Shown here in pieces: positions 36,528 to 49,524 of a DNA stretch of 64,000 bases. Each line of letters starts with the position of its first letter. Position 1 is the stretch's first letter. This DNA is from Eledone cirrhosa (taxonomy: Eukaryota), in NCBI GenBank assembly GCA_964016885.1, contig OZ024743.1, positions 17,484,001 through 17,548,000 of the forward strand, read 5' to 3'. Made by a program: the position numbers and the translations under genes. The notes below the pieces were generated by a model. That model made no database searches and was not told the DNA's origin. It saw only the letters and a list, made by a program, of their open reading frames with translations.

Positions 36528-39500
36528 AACAAAAAGAAAACCCCGTGACCAAGAAATACCGGGATGGCGGCCGGCGGGGAATAGCCGTGTCTCTAGGGGA
36601 GAACGACCCCTCTTGTCTTGGTTGACACTCGTTCTAGAAGTGGTAACACGAAATGATTACCCCTTGGCGGATAAGGATAAAGCCCGACAAAATAAAGTAA
36701 ATGTCTAATGATAAAATCTCATACCGGATCGGCCGTCACCCGGGTAAAAAAGGGCCGCGTCCCTCAGAGAGGAACCAGACTGGGGTCGAAAAATCAGCTA
36801 ATGGTTCAAACCTTCCCATCACTTCGGAGCTGGAGACCTCCCATAACCGGAATACTCCTACTGTTGGCCCTCCATGCTCACCACCAAGAAATCCAAAGAA
36901 AAAGAGAGAAAAATGGTCAAGGGAAGATAATAAAGAAGTCCTTGAGGCTTTCTACACTGCCATGTACTACCCATCAAATACATCGAATACAGAACAGACA
37001 TATATCAACTGGAAAAAGAAACATCCCGAAAACAGAGGCTATATTGACAGTAACAAACTAGCCAATATACGAAGAAATATTGTAAGAAAAGAGTTACTAA
37101 CTGATATAGAAATTGATCAGATCAAGCTATTAGCACAAAGTCAGCGAAGGGAAAATGAAACATGTGTCAGTGAAAACGAGGTAAATTGTAACACTTCGAA
37201 TCCCAGGGTTGGGGCGGAATCACTGGCAACAGAACAAATTAAAGAAATGATCGAAAAAGTGGAGGGAGTGCATGCTCAAGATGAAACTCCAAATGAAAAT
37301 AATGAGATCGTAAATGATAAAGAAATGAATGAGAATGAACTTGCCAACTTGAATGATGAAATTATGATCGAATGGATGAAAATGAAAGAATCTGATATGG
37401 GACAACGCGACACCCTCCCTAAGATCCAGAACTCCAAACAGAACCATAAGATAATACACAAGACTAACAAAATTCTCAAAAAATTTATCATCACAAACAA
37501 ACTAAACATTACTGATTTAAATCATCTCTATTATGCATCGGCTAAAATCACCACTCACTTATGTGGAGTGAAGATGAAAAAACAAAGGAATTCCCACAAG
37601 AAATCTACCTGGCAAGAGAACATCAATCGCCAAATAAACCTTCTCCGATCTGACATAGAAATTTTAACAAACTATAAAGTAGGTGAAAATATTAAACAAA
37701 CTAAACTTAGAAAATTGAAAAAAAAGTACAGTATAAAATCAACAAGTGACATAGACATGCTGATAGAAATAATCAAGCAAAAAGTGTCGGCCAAAGCTGC
37801 TCGTATAAGGCGCTTTGAAAAACGATCTAGATTCTATAAGGACAATAATATGTTCAAAAACAACCAAAGAAACTTCTACAGAAAAATTGGTAAGTCAACA
37901 ATAACTGCTAAATCAAGGAGGAAGTGCAAGAATTCTGGGAAAAGATCTGCGCCGAAGAAAAAGTTCATAATATACATGCCCCATGGATAGACAGACAAAT
38001 GAAAGATACAGCTCACCTTGAGGAACAAATATGGGAAAATATAACAGTTGAACAGTTGCGCTTGGCTCTTATAAAAACCAGCAAATGGAAATCCCCAGGA
38101 AAAGACAAAATACAAAACTTTTGGATAAATGCCTTCACAGAGTCTCATGAGCTGTTAGCCCAACTTTACAATGAAATAGTTAAGGAGCCAGAAAAGATAC
38201 CACCATGGCTAGTTAACGGCATTACATTCCTGCTTCTGAAGAATGATGAGACAAACAATCCCCAAAATTACAGACCGATAACTTGCATGAGCACAATGTA
38301 TAAAATTTTAACATCAGTCCTAACTGAATACACATATGACCACCTGATAACAAATTACCTATTTCCCATTGAGCAGAAGGGTGTAAACGAGGCTCATATG
38401 GCTGTAACGATCAGCTTCTGGTTAACAAAATGATACTGGAAGATTGTCATAATAGACACAAAAATCTATCGATTGCTTGGATAGATTATAAAAAAGCATT
38501 CGATAGTTTGCCACACAGTTGGATTGAAAAATGTTTAGAGATTTTCAAAATATCCCCCGTTGTCAGGAGGTTTTTATCATTCAGTATGAAGACATGGAAA
38601 ACGACACTCCTTTTTAATAGTGAAACAAAATCACTGGAAGCTGGAGAAGTTAATATGAATTGTGGAATTGTTCAGGGTGACTCTTTATCACCGCTTTTAT
38701 TCTGCATCGCACTTATACCATTAAGTAAAATGCTCAATGAAACAAAACATGGATATAAAGTCTATGACAAAACCATTAATCACCTGTTCTACATGGATGA
38801 CCTGAATCTATTTGCAAAAAATGATGAACAATTGCAAGGGCTATTATCCACTGTGGAGCAGTTCAGTGATGATATTAAAATGGAGTTTGGACTAGATAAA
38901 TGCGCCAAAGCAACGTTCACCAGAGGAAAGCTGCTGAAGAATTCAGACATTAATCTTGATCGAGGGAACGTGATAAGAGAACTTGATCAAGAAGAAACTT
39001 ACAAATATCTAGGTGTTTGTGAAGGAGACGGAATCAAGCACTCGACAATAAGGGAAAGGATAAGGAAGGAATGTTACCGCAGAGTAAGAGCAATCTTAAG
39101 AACGGAATTGAATGCAAGGAATAGGATCGATGCCATAAAGAGGCTTGCCATAACAGAAGTAACCTACAGTTACAATGTCAACAACTGGTCAAGCACAGAG
39201 AACCGTAGGCTCGATACAAAAATTCGAAAACTCATAACGATGCACAGAATGGATCACCCTAAGGCAGATATAGATAGAATATATCTCCCTAGGAAAGAAG
39301 GAGGACGTGGGTTAATCCAGTTAGACATTGCGTTGAAAACTGCAACAATTGGATTATCTACATATCTAAGGGAATCACATGATTGGATGATCAAACTCGT
39401 TTTGAAACACGAAAGCATCAAAAGATCATATTCCATTACAAAAGATGCACAAAGATACAGTAATGGACTACAAATTTCAGAAGTCTCATTTACTGCTGAA

Positions 39501-40482
39501 ATGGAAAACACAGAAAAAGCAAAGCAGGTAAAAGTAACTGCAAAGAAAGAACTGCTACAGAAACTGGCTAAGAAATGGCAAGAAAAGCCTCTGTATGGAA
39601 AATACCCAGAGCGAGCTAACAATCCTGATGTTGACAAAACCTTAACCCATCAGCGGATGGCATCCTCTGGACTGAAATCGGAGACTGAAGGACTGATTAT
39701 ATCAGCACAAGATCAGTGTCTGCCAAAAAAAATGACCAAGCCAACATAATAAAAAATGGATGCAGCCCATTATGCCGTGTATGCAAAAACAACCAGAGAC
39801 CATTGACCATATCATTTCAATGTGCAGTCCTATAACTCCAACCGAATACCTAAACAGGCATGACAGAGCTGCACAATACATACATTGGATAATGTGTAAG
39901 CATTTTGACCTGCCCCATCAAAAGAATTGGTGGGAGCATCAACCACCTCCCATACTTGAAAAAGATCACATCTCAATCTTGTGGAACTTTAGCATCCAGA
40001 CAGACAGAAAAATAGATGCAAATAGACCTGATATAATATTGAAGGACTTTAAAAAGAGGGTATGCCTGCTATTTGATATGTCTGTTCCAATAGACAAGAA
40101 TGTATCTATAAAGACATTTGAAAAATTGAGCAAGTATAAGGACCTGGAGATAGAAATTGGAAAAATGTGGAAATTGAGAACTAAAACAATACCAGTGGTT
40201 GTAGGCGCTCTGGGAATGATACCTAGGGGGTCTAATGATTACTTATCGCAAATCCCAGGAAACCCGCGTATAGGAGAAATACAAAAGATAGTACTAATGG
40301 GAACTGCCCATATACTAAGGAAGATTCTGTCAAAATAAGTACATCACAAGTCTAAACACTAAAGATTTCATGTGTGAGTATGTATGTTCTTTCTTGAACA
40401 TGGCGGACCTTGTTGTCTCTTGAGGTCACTGGTTGTGACTTGGTGATAACTCGTATGAACATAAAGCAAGATAAATGCAACT

Positions 40483-40483
<1 letters not shown>
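36528..40483 (+). mobile_element. R4/Dong-type family A, copy A3; full length, frameshifted
   Basis: GC-rich 5' UTR, ATG 36701 and Myb-like KWSREDNKEVLEAFY. ORF pieces 36701-37990, 37924-38433, 38430-39749 and 39760-40338. (TAA)n tail. Confidence 0.95.
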
Positions 40484-40534
<51 letters not shown>

Positions 40535-40537
40535 TAG

Positions 40538-42964
40538 CTTGAGGGGAAAGAAAGAGGCAACGACTTGATCCCTGGGGCGGAACAAACTAAAACATTCTGG
40601 AGAGGAATATGGGAGCAGGATGTTAGACACAATGCCCAGGCAGGGTGGATTGAGACAGTACAGAGGGAGATCGGTGAGCAGGCACAGCAACAAACTGATT
40701 TGAGTATCACAGTTTAAACTCTTAAGGGGCAGGCCAAAAAACTAACCAACTGGAAATCACCAGGCCCAGATGGTGTGCAGGGGTATTGGATTAAACATTT
40801 AACATCCCTCCACCCGAAGCTGGCGGCCATGTTCAATGACTGCTTGGTGTCGGGTGAGGTGCCAGAGTGGTTGACAAAAGGTACCACAGTTCTGATAATG
40901 AAAGACCGAATCAAGGGTAATGATGTTACCAACTATAGACCTATCACATGTCTGTCCGTAATGTGGAAACTGTTGACGAGCATTGTGTCTGAGGAAATCT
41001 ACCATCACCTCCACACAAACAACTTGTTACCGGACGAACAGAAAGGATGCCGAAAGAAGTCACGTGGTACAAAGGACCAGTTACTTATTGATAAGATGGT
41101 AATGGGGAATTGCAGGAGGAGACACACTGATCTTGCCATGGGATGGATAGACTACAGAAAGGCATTTGACATGGTGCCTCATTCCTGGATCACCAAAAGC
41201 CTGGAGATCTTCAGGGTGGCAGATAACATCAGACAGTTGCTAGGCAGGTGTATGGGGTCCTGGGAGACAGAGTTGACATCAACTGGAGTATCCTTGGGAA
41301 GCGTGAAGATCAAGAGAGGTATCTTCCAGGGAGATAGCCTGTCCCCTCTGTTGTTTGTCCTTGCCCTGATGCCCTTGACCATTATGCTGCGAAAAGTGAG
41401 AGCAGGATACAAGTTGGGAAGGGGAGAGCTTACCATCAATCACCTCCTCTTCATGGACGATCTTAAGCTCTTCGGGAAAAGTGAGAAGGAGTTGGATGTG
41501 CTTGTTGACACTGTCCGTATTTTCAGCAGTGATATATGTAAGCAGTTTGGTATTGGTAAATGTGGAGTCATTGTGATGAAGAGGGGTAGGTTGAGCAGAA
41601 GTAACGGGATCCATATACCAACAGGTGAGATGATAAAGGAAATTGACTCTGAGGAAGGATACAAGTATTTGGGCGTTCTGGAGGCTGATGGCATAAAGAA
41701 CAAAAAAATGAAGGAATTGTTAAGAACTGAATACATTCGGAGAGTAAGGAGAGTATTGAAGTCACATCTGAACAGCAGAAATGCCATAAGCGCAGTAAAT
41801 TCCCGAGTTGTGTCTATTATCAGGTACAGTGCGGGAATTCTGAGATGGAATGTTGCTGAACAAAAAGAAATGGATAGGAAGACTAGGAAGCTATTGACTA
41901 TCTACAACATGTTCCACAAGAGGAGTGATGTCGATAGACACTACTTAAGGAGATCTGAGGGTGGAAGAGGTCTTATCAGCATAGAGGACTGTGTTCAGAT
42001 GGAGAAAAACAACCTATACAAATACGTGACCTATAGTAAGGAGCCAATGCTCAGAACTGTACTGAAGGAGGGGACAGTAGGCCAGGGGATGTCCAAGGAG
42101 GAAATAACATCAAGGAGGAAGAGCAGCCTTAAGGGAAAATCCCTTCATAGTACCTTCTTTGAGAAAACTGAATTTAGAGATCCACAGACATGGAACTGGT
42201 TGAGAAGAGGAGACCTCAAAAAGGCTACAGAAGGAATGCTAATGGCTGCGCAGGAGCAGGCCCTCAAAACGAAGTGGTTGAAGCACCATATCTACAAGGA
42301 GGAGGCTAGCCCACTGTGCAGGATCTGTGGAGAGAGAGAGGAGACTGTGGCTCACATTGTGTCCGAGTGTAAACACCTATCCCAGACCCACTATAAGGGC
42401 TGGAGACACGATGTGATGGGCAGGGTGATCCACTGGCACCTGTGCAAAGTAAACAATTTACCACATTCTGAGAAATGGTATGAGCATAGGCCAGAGGCGG
42501 TGACGGAGAACAATCAGGTGAAGGTGCTGTGGGATTTTAGGATACAGACGGACAAAAAACTGGAACACAATAGACCTGACCTGGTGGTTGTGGACAAAGA
42601 AAAAAGATCGTGCCTGATTGTGGATGTGGCCTGCCCGTTCGACACGAGAGTGCAAGAGAAGGAGAGGGAGAAAATTAACCGATACCAGGACCTAAAGTGG
42701 GAGGTGAAAAGGATTTGGAACTGCCATGAAGTCAAAGTGATCCCGATTGTCATAGGCGCACTGGGGACTATCTCCAAAAGTTTCCAGGGATGGTTAAAGA
42801 AAATCGGCCCCTTCACGCTTTTTGGAACGCTTCAAAAGGCATGCTTGCTTGGAACAGCAAGAACCCTCCGATACGTCCTGAATATCTGAGGCTGCAGGTA
42901 GTGGCTTGATATTCAATCCAACGGACTTTCCAGTTAACCAACATCAATGACTGAGATTCAAGGA
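40538..42964 (+). mobile_element. R4/Dong-type family B, copy B3 (5'-truncated)
   Basis: Begins in the (TAA)n tail of A3 and ends in (TAA)n followed by (GAA)n. Confidence 0.95.
40775..42889 (+). CDS. RT + CCHC + RLE, 704-aa open frame, N-terminally truncated
   Basis: NYRPITCL, QGDSLSPLLF, FMDD, CRICGEREETVAHIVSEC, RHD, RPD, VDVACP, KINRYQDL. Confidence 0.88.
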   Translation: MQGYWIKHLTSLHPKLAAMFNDCLVSGEVPEWLTKGTTVLIMKDRIKGNDVTNYRPITCLSVMWKLLTSIVSEEIYHHLHTNNLLPDEQKGCRKKSRGTKDQLLIDKMVMGNCRRRHTDLAMGWIDYRKAFDMVPHSWITKSLEIFRVADNIRQLLGRCMGSWETELTSTGVSLGSVKIKRGIFQGDSLSPLLFVLALMPLTIMLRKVRAGYKLGRGELTINHLLFMDDLKLFGKSEKELDVLVDTVRIFSSDICKQFGIGKCGVIVMKRGRLSRSNGIHIPTGEMIKEIDSEEGYKYLGVLEADGIKNKKMKELLRTEYIRRVRRVLKSHLNSRNAISAVNSRVVSIIRYSAGILRWNVAEQKEMDRKTRKLLTIYNMFHKRSDVDRHYLRRSEGGRGLISIEDCVQMEKNNLYKYVTYSKEPMLRTVLKEGTVGQGMSKEEITSRRKSSLKGKSLHSTFFEKTEFRDPQTWNWLRRGDLKKATEGMLMAAQEQALKTKWLKHHIYKEEASPLCRICGEREETVAHIVSECKHLSQTHYKGWRHDVMGRVIHWHLCKVNNLPHSEKWYEHRPEAVTENNQVKVLWDFRIQTDKKLEHNRPDLVVVDKEKRSCLIVDVACPFDTRVQEKEREKINRYQDLKWEVKRIWNCHEVKVIPIVIGALGTISKSFQGWLKKIGPFTLFGTLQKACLLGTARTLRYVLNI

Positions 42965-42972
42965 ATAACAAC

Positions 42973-43034
<62 letters not shown>

Positions 43035-43052
43035 GAAGAAGAAGAAGAAGAA

Positions 43053-43083
<31 letters not shown>

Positions 43084-43138
43084 AAGAAGAAGAAAAGGAA
43101 GAAGAAGAAGAAGAAGAAGACGACGAAGAAGAAGAAGA
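42965..43138. repeat. (TAA)n then (GAA)n microsatellite
   Basis: Read directly from the sequence. Confidence 0.95.
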
Positions 43139-43199
43139 GGATATATCCTGTTATATGTTGTCAAAGCACATGTGTAGGTTAGCTTCAACAATGTGTTAA

Positions 43200-43600
43200 T
43201 CAGAGCTCATATTGCTGCGTATCTGTTTAAGGGTATGTGTCTCATGTCTTCATCACATATTCGCATATCTCAGCCAAGTTATCATACACCAAGATTCTGG
43301 AGACCACTTCCAACCCAGATGTGCTTGTCAATCCTTTGCAAGAAGATTGCAATCAGGAGAGGTGACAGGGCGCACCATTTAATAAGCTCCTGTCCCTGTA
43401 CTGTATTGTCATTGATAATTTATCATCATATGATAACTAGTATTTCCTGATAGATATAACAATACCGCAAATTACATAATATACGTGGCATTGTTGAGTC
43501 ATTTGCAGGATGATTCGAGCACGCTATTTCAATCAACAGAATCATGCATGATTTCTTGTTAAGCAGAGATATCTCTTTTTCGTGCAGCTGAATCTCAATG
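43200..43600 (-). pseudogene. Ancient LINE (RTE-like) RT remnant
   Basis: Minus strand gives G(C)ALSPLLIAIFLQRI...ITWLRYAN, resembling QGC.LSP.LF...NLRYADD. Confidence 0.4.
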
Positions 43601-44644
43601 GCACAGAGTTGCTGCAATTTTGATATACGCTTTATAGCCCAATCTGAAAAGAATCACTAATATACAAAATAATGTTGAATGATACTGTGAAAGTTCATGT
43701 CTTTCATATAATGTTGCTTTGCGATTGTTATCAATCATAAGGCTTCATTCCAGATATATAGTAATTTATTTTTTTTGTTTTATTTTCATTTTGTTATACA
43801 TTTCTAATGCTCACAAAATATAAATCTCTGCATAGTAAAAAAATATCGTCTTCTAGCATTAAAGCCCGGCGTTGCTCGGGGTCAGTAATTTACCAAAATT
43901 AGGTTGCACCACCTATTTCATTGCAGCACTATTTTGTCTGCCAGGCACTGGGTGAATGAATTGCAGACCTGGACTGCCAAAGCAGGAGCTGCGCCAGCGG
44001 TGAGAATTGTAGTTTCGCCTATTGATATTATCTCTCTGCAAAGAAGTGTTGAAATTTGTTTCACATTACTTGTGCAACAGCGCGTAGACGATGCCAGCCG
44101 AACAACAGAGCTGCGATGGAGTTATTCTGCATGACATGTTTTAACAGGGGATGGGGCGGAATGAGGGAACCGCACACAGGGCCAGAAAACTTTGTCGAAT
44201 TATGACAACCAAAAAAGAGCAATAGGGTTAATTGTATAGTTGGTGCATCATGTACGTCGGACGTAACAGATGAGCCTGCTGCTGCGCCGATGGAGGCCAG
44301 GTGTTGGTGAAGTGTGAAGTAATTGCAGGGAACCGCCTAAAAATGTAAATCTCGTCAATAAAGCATTGTTCCCCCTTTGAGAGTCGTACGGAGGTGAAAT
44401 ACTAACCTGTCCACGGTCCTCCGAGGCCCACCAAACGGGGGTTGGTGAGGAGCAACAGCTGATATTTGAGTAGGGTCGGAGTTGCAATGAAGCTTTGTAA
44501 CGCCGCGAGAATCAGCCATTGTACAACCGATGGTGGGGAGTGTCCAGTGCACTGCAGTGAAGGTTAACCTACTTAGAAAGTACTCACGAAAAGGCAAAAA
44601 ATAAAAAAAATAAAAAAATAATAAAATTAGGAAGCGAGGTAATC

Positions 44645-47600
44645 CTATAAAACCTCGTTGTATACACTGTTTGTTGTTTTTCCTTGAGGAACGAACGCGA
44701 AATCATCACTCTTGCTGTCGACACGTGAGCAGCCAACGTAAAGCTGACCAAGAGAGAAACACGTCTCCCCCAAATGTATTCCCGCCACAGACAGTGTTTG
44801 CCCCTGCGCTCTGTTCATTGACATTGCGAGGCATGGCCTGACCGGCAACTGGGACCTCCGAAATGTGAAAGGTAGGTCTGCTCCTGATTGGGAAAATATG
44901 CATCCTCGGTATGAGCACAACGTTGCCCCGACCGCACCCTGTGATTATCGTGCCCTCAATCAGATTGGGAGCTAAGGACTTAACGACCAAACGCGTGCCA
45001 TTGCATTGTTTCAGCGGAACCAAATTTCGAATGAGCATTATAGGGGCGCCAACTTTAAGTTTCAAAATGTGTGGGGGTAATCCGGGGGGCTCAAAGGAAT
45101 TTAGTACCTCTATTACATTGTTGATGACGTCCTAGGTGTCAGGAGTTCTATCGATAGACTTATATACGTAGCCAACCCCAGGAATGAGTTTTAGCATTTG
45201 ATCATTAATATGGTTAACAGTTTTATTCTTCGGGACCAGAATAGCCCTTTGGGCAAGCCAATCCATATTCTGATAATTTGCTTGGAGATCTGGGAACACT
45301 GCATCCCTGAGATCAGGCGACGTACTAACAACGGTACAAGGTGTGTCGATGGCAATATTACCCTTTTCATCCCCGGGCGTTTCGCCTTCGCCAAGTGCAA
45401 GGAGGGTGTGAGAAAATGCTACTGATGCGATATCACCTTGCATATGAGCACGCATGTTAGTGTGAAGTTTCAGATTCCTCACCAGGGGCCACAATGCGGA
45501 TGACTTAAGACACGCACGTACTGCATCAGCTCTAGTCCCCTTGGGAATAGCGGGAAGCGTTTGCCTGAAGTTCACTGAAAGAAGAAGTGTTATGCCTCCC
45601 ATGTGAGCCGTAGAGTATTTGATGTCTCTTAGAGTTCTATCTAGCGCCTCAAGAGCACCTCTGTTGGCCATCGTGCATTCGTCCCAAACGATAAGCTTGC
45701 ATCGTCTGAACACTTCTGCCTGATCGGAGCTCTTACTGATGTTGCTAGTGTGTGTCTCAGTTTTCGCTAAGTCAAGCGGGAGCTTGAATTAGGAGTGAGC
45801 TGTCCTGCAGCCCGGCAACAAAGTAGCCGCAATTCCAGATGATCCCACGGCTAAGGCAATGCCTTCTGTTCGTCTAATCTCAGCTAATATTAATTTAGTG
45901 ACAAAGGTTTTCCCAGTGCCCCCAGGAGCGTCCAGGAAAAAAATCCCCCCAGCTTTGCCCCGGACAGAATTAAGAACGGAGTTGTATGCGAATTTCTCTT
46001 CTGGAAAGAGCTTTGGCTCATTCTCCGCTATGTATTGGGCAAGCTCGTCAACATTTTAAGATATCTCACGCAGCAAATCCGAAGACAGAGTGTTTGCGCC
46101 TTCCCGGTTTGTTGAAGGTAGGCCATACACCGCCAACGCACAACCGCCCATATCGAGAACAGTATCTTCGATATCAAGCAGCGCTCTGTTGTAAATGAGG
46201 TCACTCTACCCGACCTCCATCGATGGGTTTAGCAACTGAGCGTGACGTTGGGAATCTTCAGACTTGTAATGTTTGTAGCTAAGCCATACAGAGGCCGGAT
46301 CACCTAAATCGCACCATAGGAGTAGAATAGCGAAAAGCTATCTTAGTCTTTTAGGGGATTTCAACAAAACGCCCTCTGCCATAGTGTGGCTCCATTGTGA
46401 ATCACCTCCAAAGCAGGCCTCCCGGAAAGTTTCACATAATTCACCGTCAACAGTTCTTATGTCTCGAAAGCTTTGTGGGCCAAAAACGTCACGGAGGAGA
46501 AGGGATAGGTCAAAACACTCATGCTGGTTGGGAGGTACAGTGTACACTCTTCCTAGAAAACTGTCAAACTTGACACCAGGATGTCCTTCAACATCCTGAC
46601 CTGACTTCCTACGTGCCCAAGTGTTGTTTGGCCACACGTAGTAGGACGGGATCTGAGGATATGAAAGTGTTTTGGCAAATGTGTCAAGTTGGCAAAGCGT
46701 AAAAAAAACAGTCCAAGTTGTTTCTTTTGGATTGGCCGCCAAAAGAGCAGCAGTCTGTTCAGCAAAGTAAGACCGCTGGCCATTTTCCAAATGAACCGCT
46801 AGTTGTATGATGGCGGGATGCCTTTGGTGAAGCGGAAACCCGAATATCCACCAAAAAGATTCACCACTGCTGATATATCGACCTGCTAACTACTCCGACA
46901 CCTCGTCCATGCTATTGTCGTTTTGAAGGCCGAACATGGCAGTGTTGGAACCATTGTTAACATATTTACATATGTACTTTATCGACTTCACTGAATGACA
47001 GAACTCCACATTTATATGAGCGTTGAATGTTTTCATCAGAAATGGACAGTAAGGCACCACCCACCTATTATAAACATGATGACCCCGTAACGTCATAGTG
47101 AATCCACCGTTCTCAGGCCGCCTTCGTCTGTACAGTGGGTATCCGTCTCCGCTCGCCTGGGACTCCTCAACGAAACTCTTTGGGTATCGTTTAGTGCACA
47201 CATGGTCCTTGTGGCATGAGGAGAAGTCTTGAAAACCGGGACCGCACGGACCGTGCATCTTGTGTGCCTTCACAATGTCGTACAGCTGACGGTCAACAAC
47301 GGGGTCCGGTTTTCCGCTGTGATGACGTCATCTATAACTGTAGGGTCTATGTTGGTGACCAACCAAAGCAAAATGTGCGCGTGTGGCAACCCTCTCTTCT
47401 GCCACTCAACTGTATACATGTGGCACCTAACAGGCCCGAAAACCTGCCCTATTTTGATTAGATCAATTAGCTTAGCCAGCTTCTGCCTGAAAACCCTGGC
47501 AATAATTGTTTCTACTTTAGGCACAAGGCCAGCAATTACCCAGTGCATTACTGGTACTTTATTTTATCGACCCCGTAAGGATGAAAGGCAAAGTCAACCT

Positions 47601-49051
47601 CGGCGGGATTTGAACTCAGATCGTAAAGGGACGTAACTATGCTGGAAAGCATGGCGTCCGACCCTCCACCGATACTGCCAATCCATCGCAATAATATCAT
47701 GCTGATAGCAGTACTACTGCCCTGGGATAATTCCCGCGTAACCTCAACCCACTTGGGGTTACATGTAAACGTGATTAATAAATCGGGCGCCCATAATCCC
47801 GAACGAACGACATAGCGTCCTTTGTTCGCTCGTGCATGTACCCCCCCCCCCAGTATAGGTTGAGGGGAGAATGCACATTTTGCCGATGTTCCGGGGGTCA
47901 GTTTCATTCCTGATGCCGTCACGCAAATGGATGTAGGAGTCTGAGCGCAGCTGCTTCTTATTCAATTTTATGAACCCAGTCTCTCCGACTCCATCTTTGC
48001 AGTCATGTCAACTGAAAACTGGTGAAACAGCTCCCGTGATCTGTGCAGGGTGCTGAAATCGTTAGGCTTCGTCATGAAGCGGTATGAGTATAAAGCCATA
48101 CATGAAACAGTTTTAGATGTCGCAACAGTGGGCTCGTTTGGTTTGCGCTGAGGAATGCCGAAATGGTACTCGTCTTCTCCGTATGCAAAAAGAAGGGGAT
48201 ACTGCGGGCGTCGTATGAACGATGCGTCTCATTAATACGCCGAAGACCACTGTCACGACTTTCAAGAACTATGTCTCGCTTATTGTGCTGTTCACCATGG
48301 ACAACTACGGCCACTTAATTGCACGAAGGATCCTTATAACGGCGTGCGTGCTCCCCAGAAGGTCTTTTGTCAGCATCGATGACAATGGTGAAGTTTCGTG
48401 AAGGGTTTGTTTCCAAGGCGTATTTTAATCTGTGAATATAACTGTTGTGCTCATGAAGCATGTTTTGAAGACCGAGCAGCACGCCCCTTTCAAAAGTGTC
48501 AGCTTCAGTGTTTGCAGGTGTTGGAATAACGCCGAACCGCGCATCAACTTGCCTACTGTAGTTAGAAATTAAGTAAATTTGAAGGTAATTTTGTAGTGTC
48601 TGGAGCGACCCAATAAGATTGTACACCTGACCCAGGACCTTGAAAGTAGGCATCCAACCACTTTCTCTGACAGCTTAGCCCCGAAAGAAGTCATTTGAAA
48701 CGCTCTATTTTACTTCCTGATGTGTTGAAGGAGTTTGGATGACCTTGAGGTAGAACCAGTAAGTAGTTCCTTCAAAGGCTCTGGTGGTTCCCCAAGAGGG
48801 GGCAAGCTGACCTTACCGTTTAAGCTGTACATTGTAGGTGGCTCCCCAGCCCACTTCTTAGCATTACAGAATTGGCAATTGAAGCGCATTTCCCCTATAT
48901 TTATGTCGGCGCGCATCGAGTAGTTAACGTTCGGCTCACACTTGACGTTGGACTCACCGCGGGCAGCTTCTCGTCGTCGACTGTTCCGCTTCAACGTGGA
49001 ATGTTGCACCTGTGGGTCGTGGGAAGCTCTCGCAGCAGTAGCAGAGGCCAC
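44645..49051 (-). pseudogene. Helitron RepHel ORF with many frameshifts and stops
   Basis: Collinear ORF pieces from 48710-49051 down to 44645-44920. Confidence 0.9.
47506..47688 (-). mobile_element. Full-length tRNA-derived SINE inserted in the Helitron Rep domain
   Basis: On the minus strand: A-box-like tggcagtatcgg and B box gagttcaaatcc. TSD gcaataat on both sides; removing the SINE restores the reading DIIARVFRQK. Confidence 0.88.
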
Positions 49052-49143
49052 CGTTGAAATCCTAATGGACCTCCGAACAAAGCGGGCGTTATAATAAGCG
49101 TCCGCTAAACTGATACGTACATATATGTATGTGTACCTGTATG

Positions 49144-49219
<76 letters not shown>

Positions 49220-49223
49220 TGCT

Positions 49224-49453
49224 TCTGTACGTCTGTATACATATATGTATGTACGTATACATACTTACATTTAAGTAAGTGCCGTACTAAGAGTGAGAAA
49301 TGAAATTTCGTTTTCATTTTATTACAACTTATATATATGTATATATATATAAACGGAAAAAATGAAACGAAATTTCATTTTTCTCTCTTAGTACGGCTGT
49401 TACTTAAATATAAGTATGTATACGTACATACATATATGTATACAGACGTACAG
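49224..49453. repeat. Fold-back with ~95 bp arms
   Basis: 49224-49320 is the reverse complement of 49360-49453. A partial copy lies at 18190-18226. Confidence 0.75.
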
Positions 49454-49462
49454 TAGTATGTA

Positions 49463-49524
49463 TACTCTTTTACTCTTTTACCTGTTTCAGCGATCCGGCT
49501 GAGGCCATGCTGGGGCACCGCCCC
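49463..49524 (-). mobile_element. SINE tail fragment (octopus-type)
   Basis: tactcttttactcttttacctgtttcag..ggccatgctggggcaccgcc resembles an abundant octopus repeat; recalled, not searched. Confidence 0.55.

Larger units (their letters stand above)
43853..49110 (-). mobile_element. Helitron (Rep/Hel), decayed
   Basis: HUH Rep motifs: LLITFTCNPKW, VEWQKRGLPHAHILLW, KYICKY. PIF1 motifs: DAPGGTGKTF, LIVWDECTM, RAQGQTL, GQLYVGCSRV. A 3' hairpin cccgagc-aac-gccggg precedes a terminal CTAG at 43853-43856. The 5' end is uncertain. Confidence 0.93.

Noticed and set aside
42947-43191. Poly-Ile/Arg ORF resembling a protamine
   Set aside because: It is a translation of (TAA)n(GAA)n.
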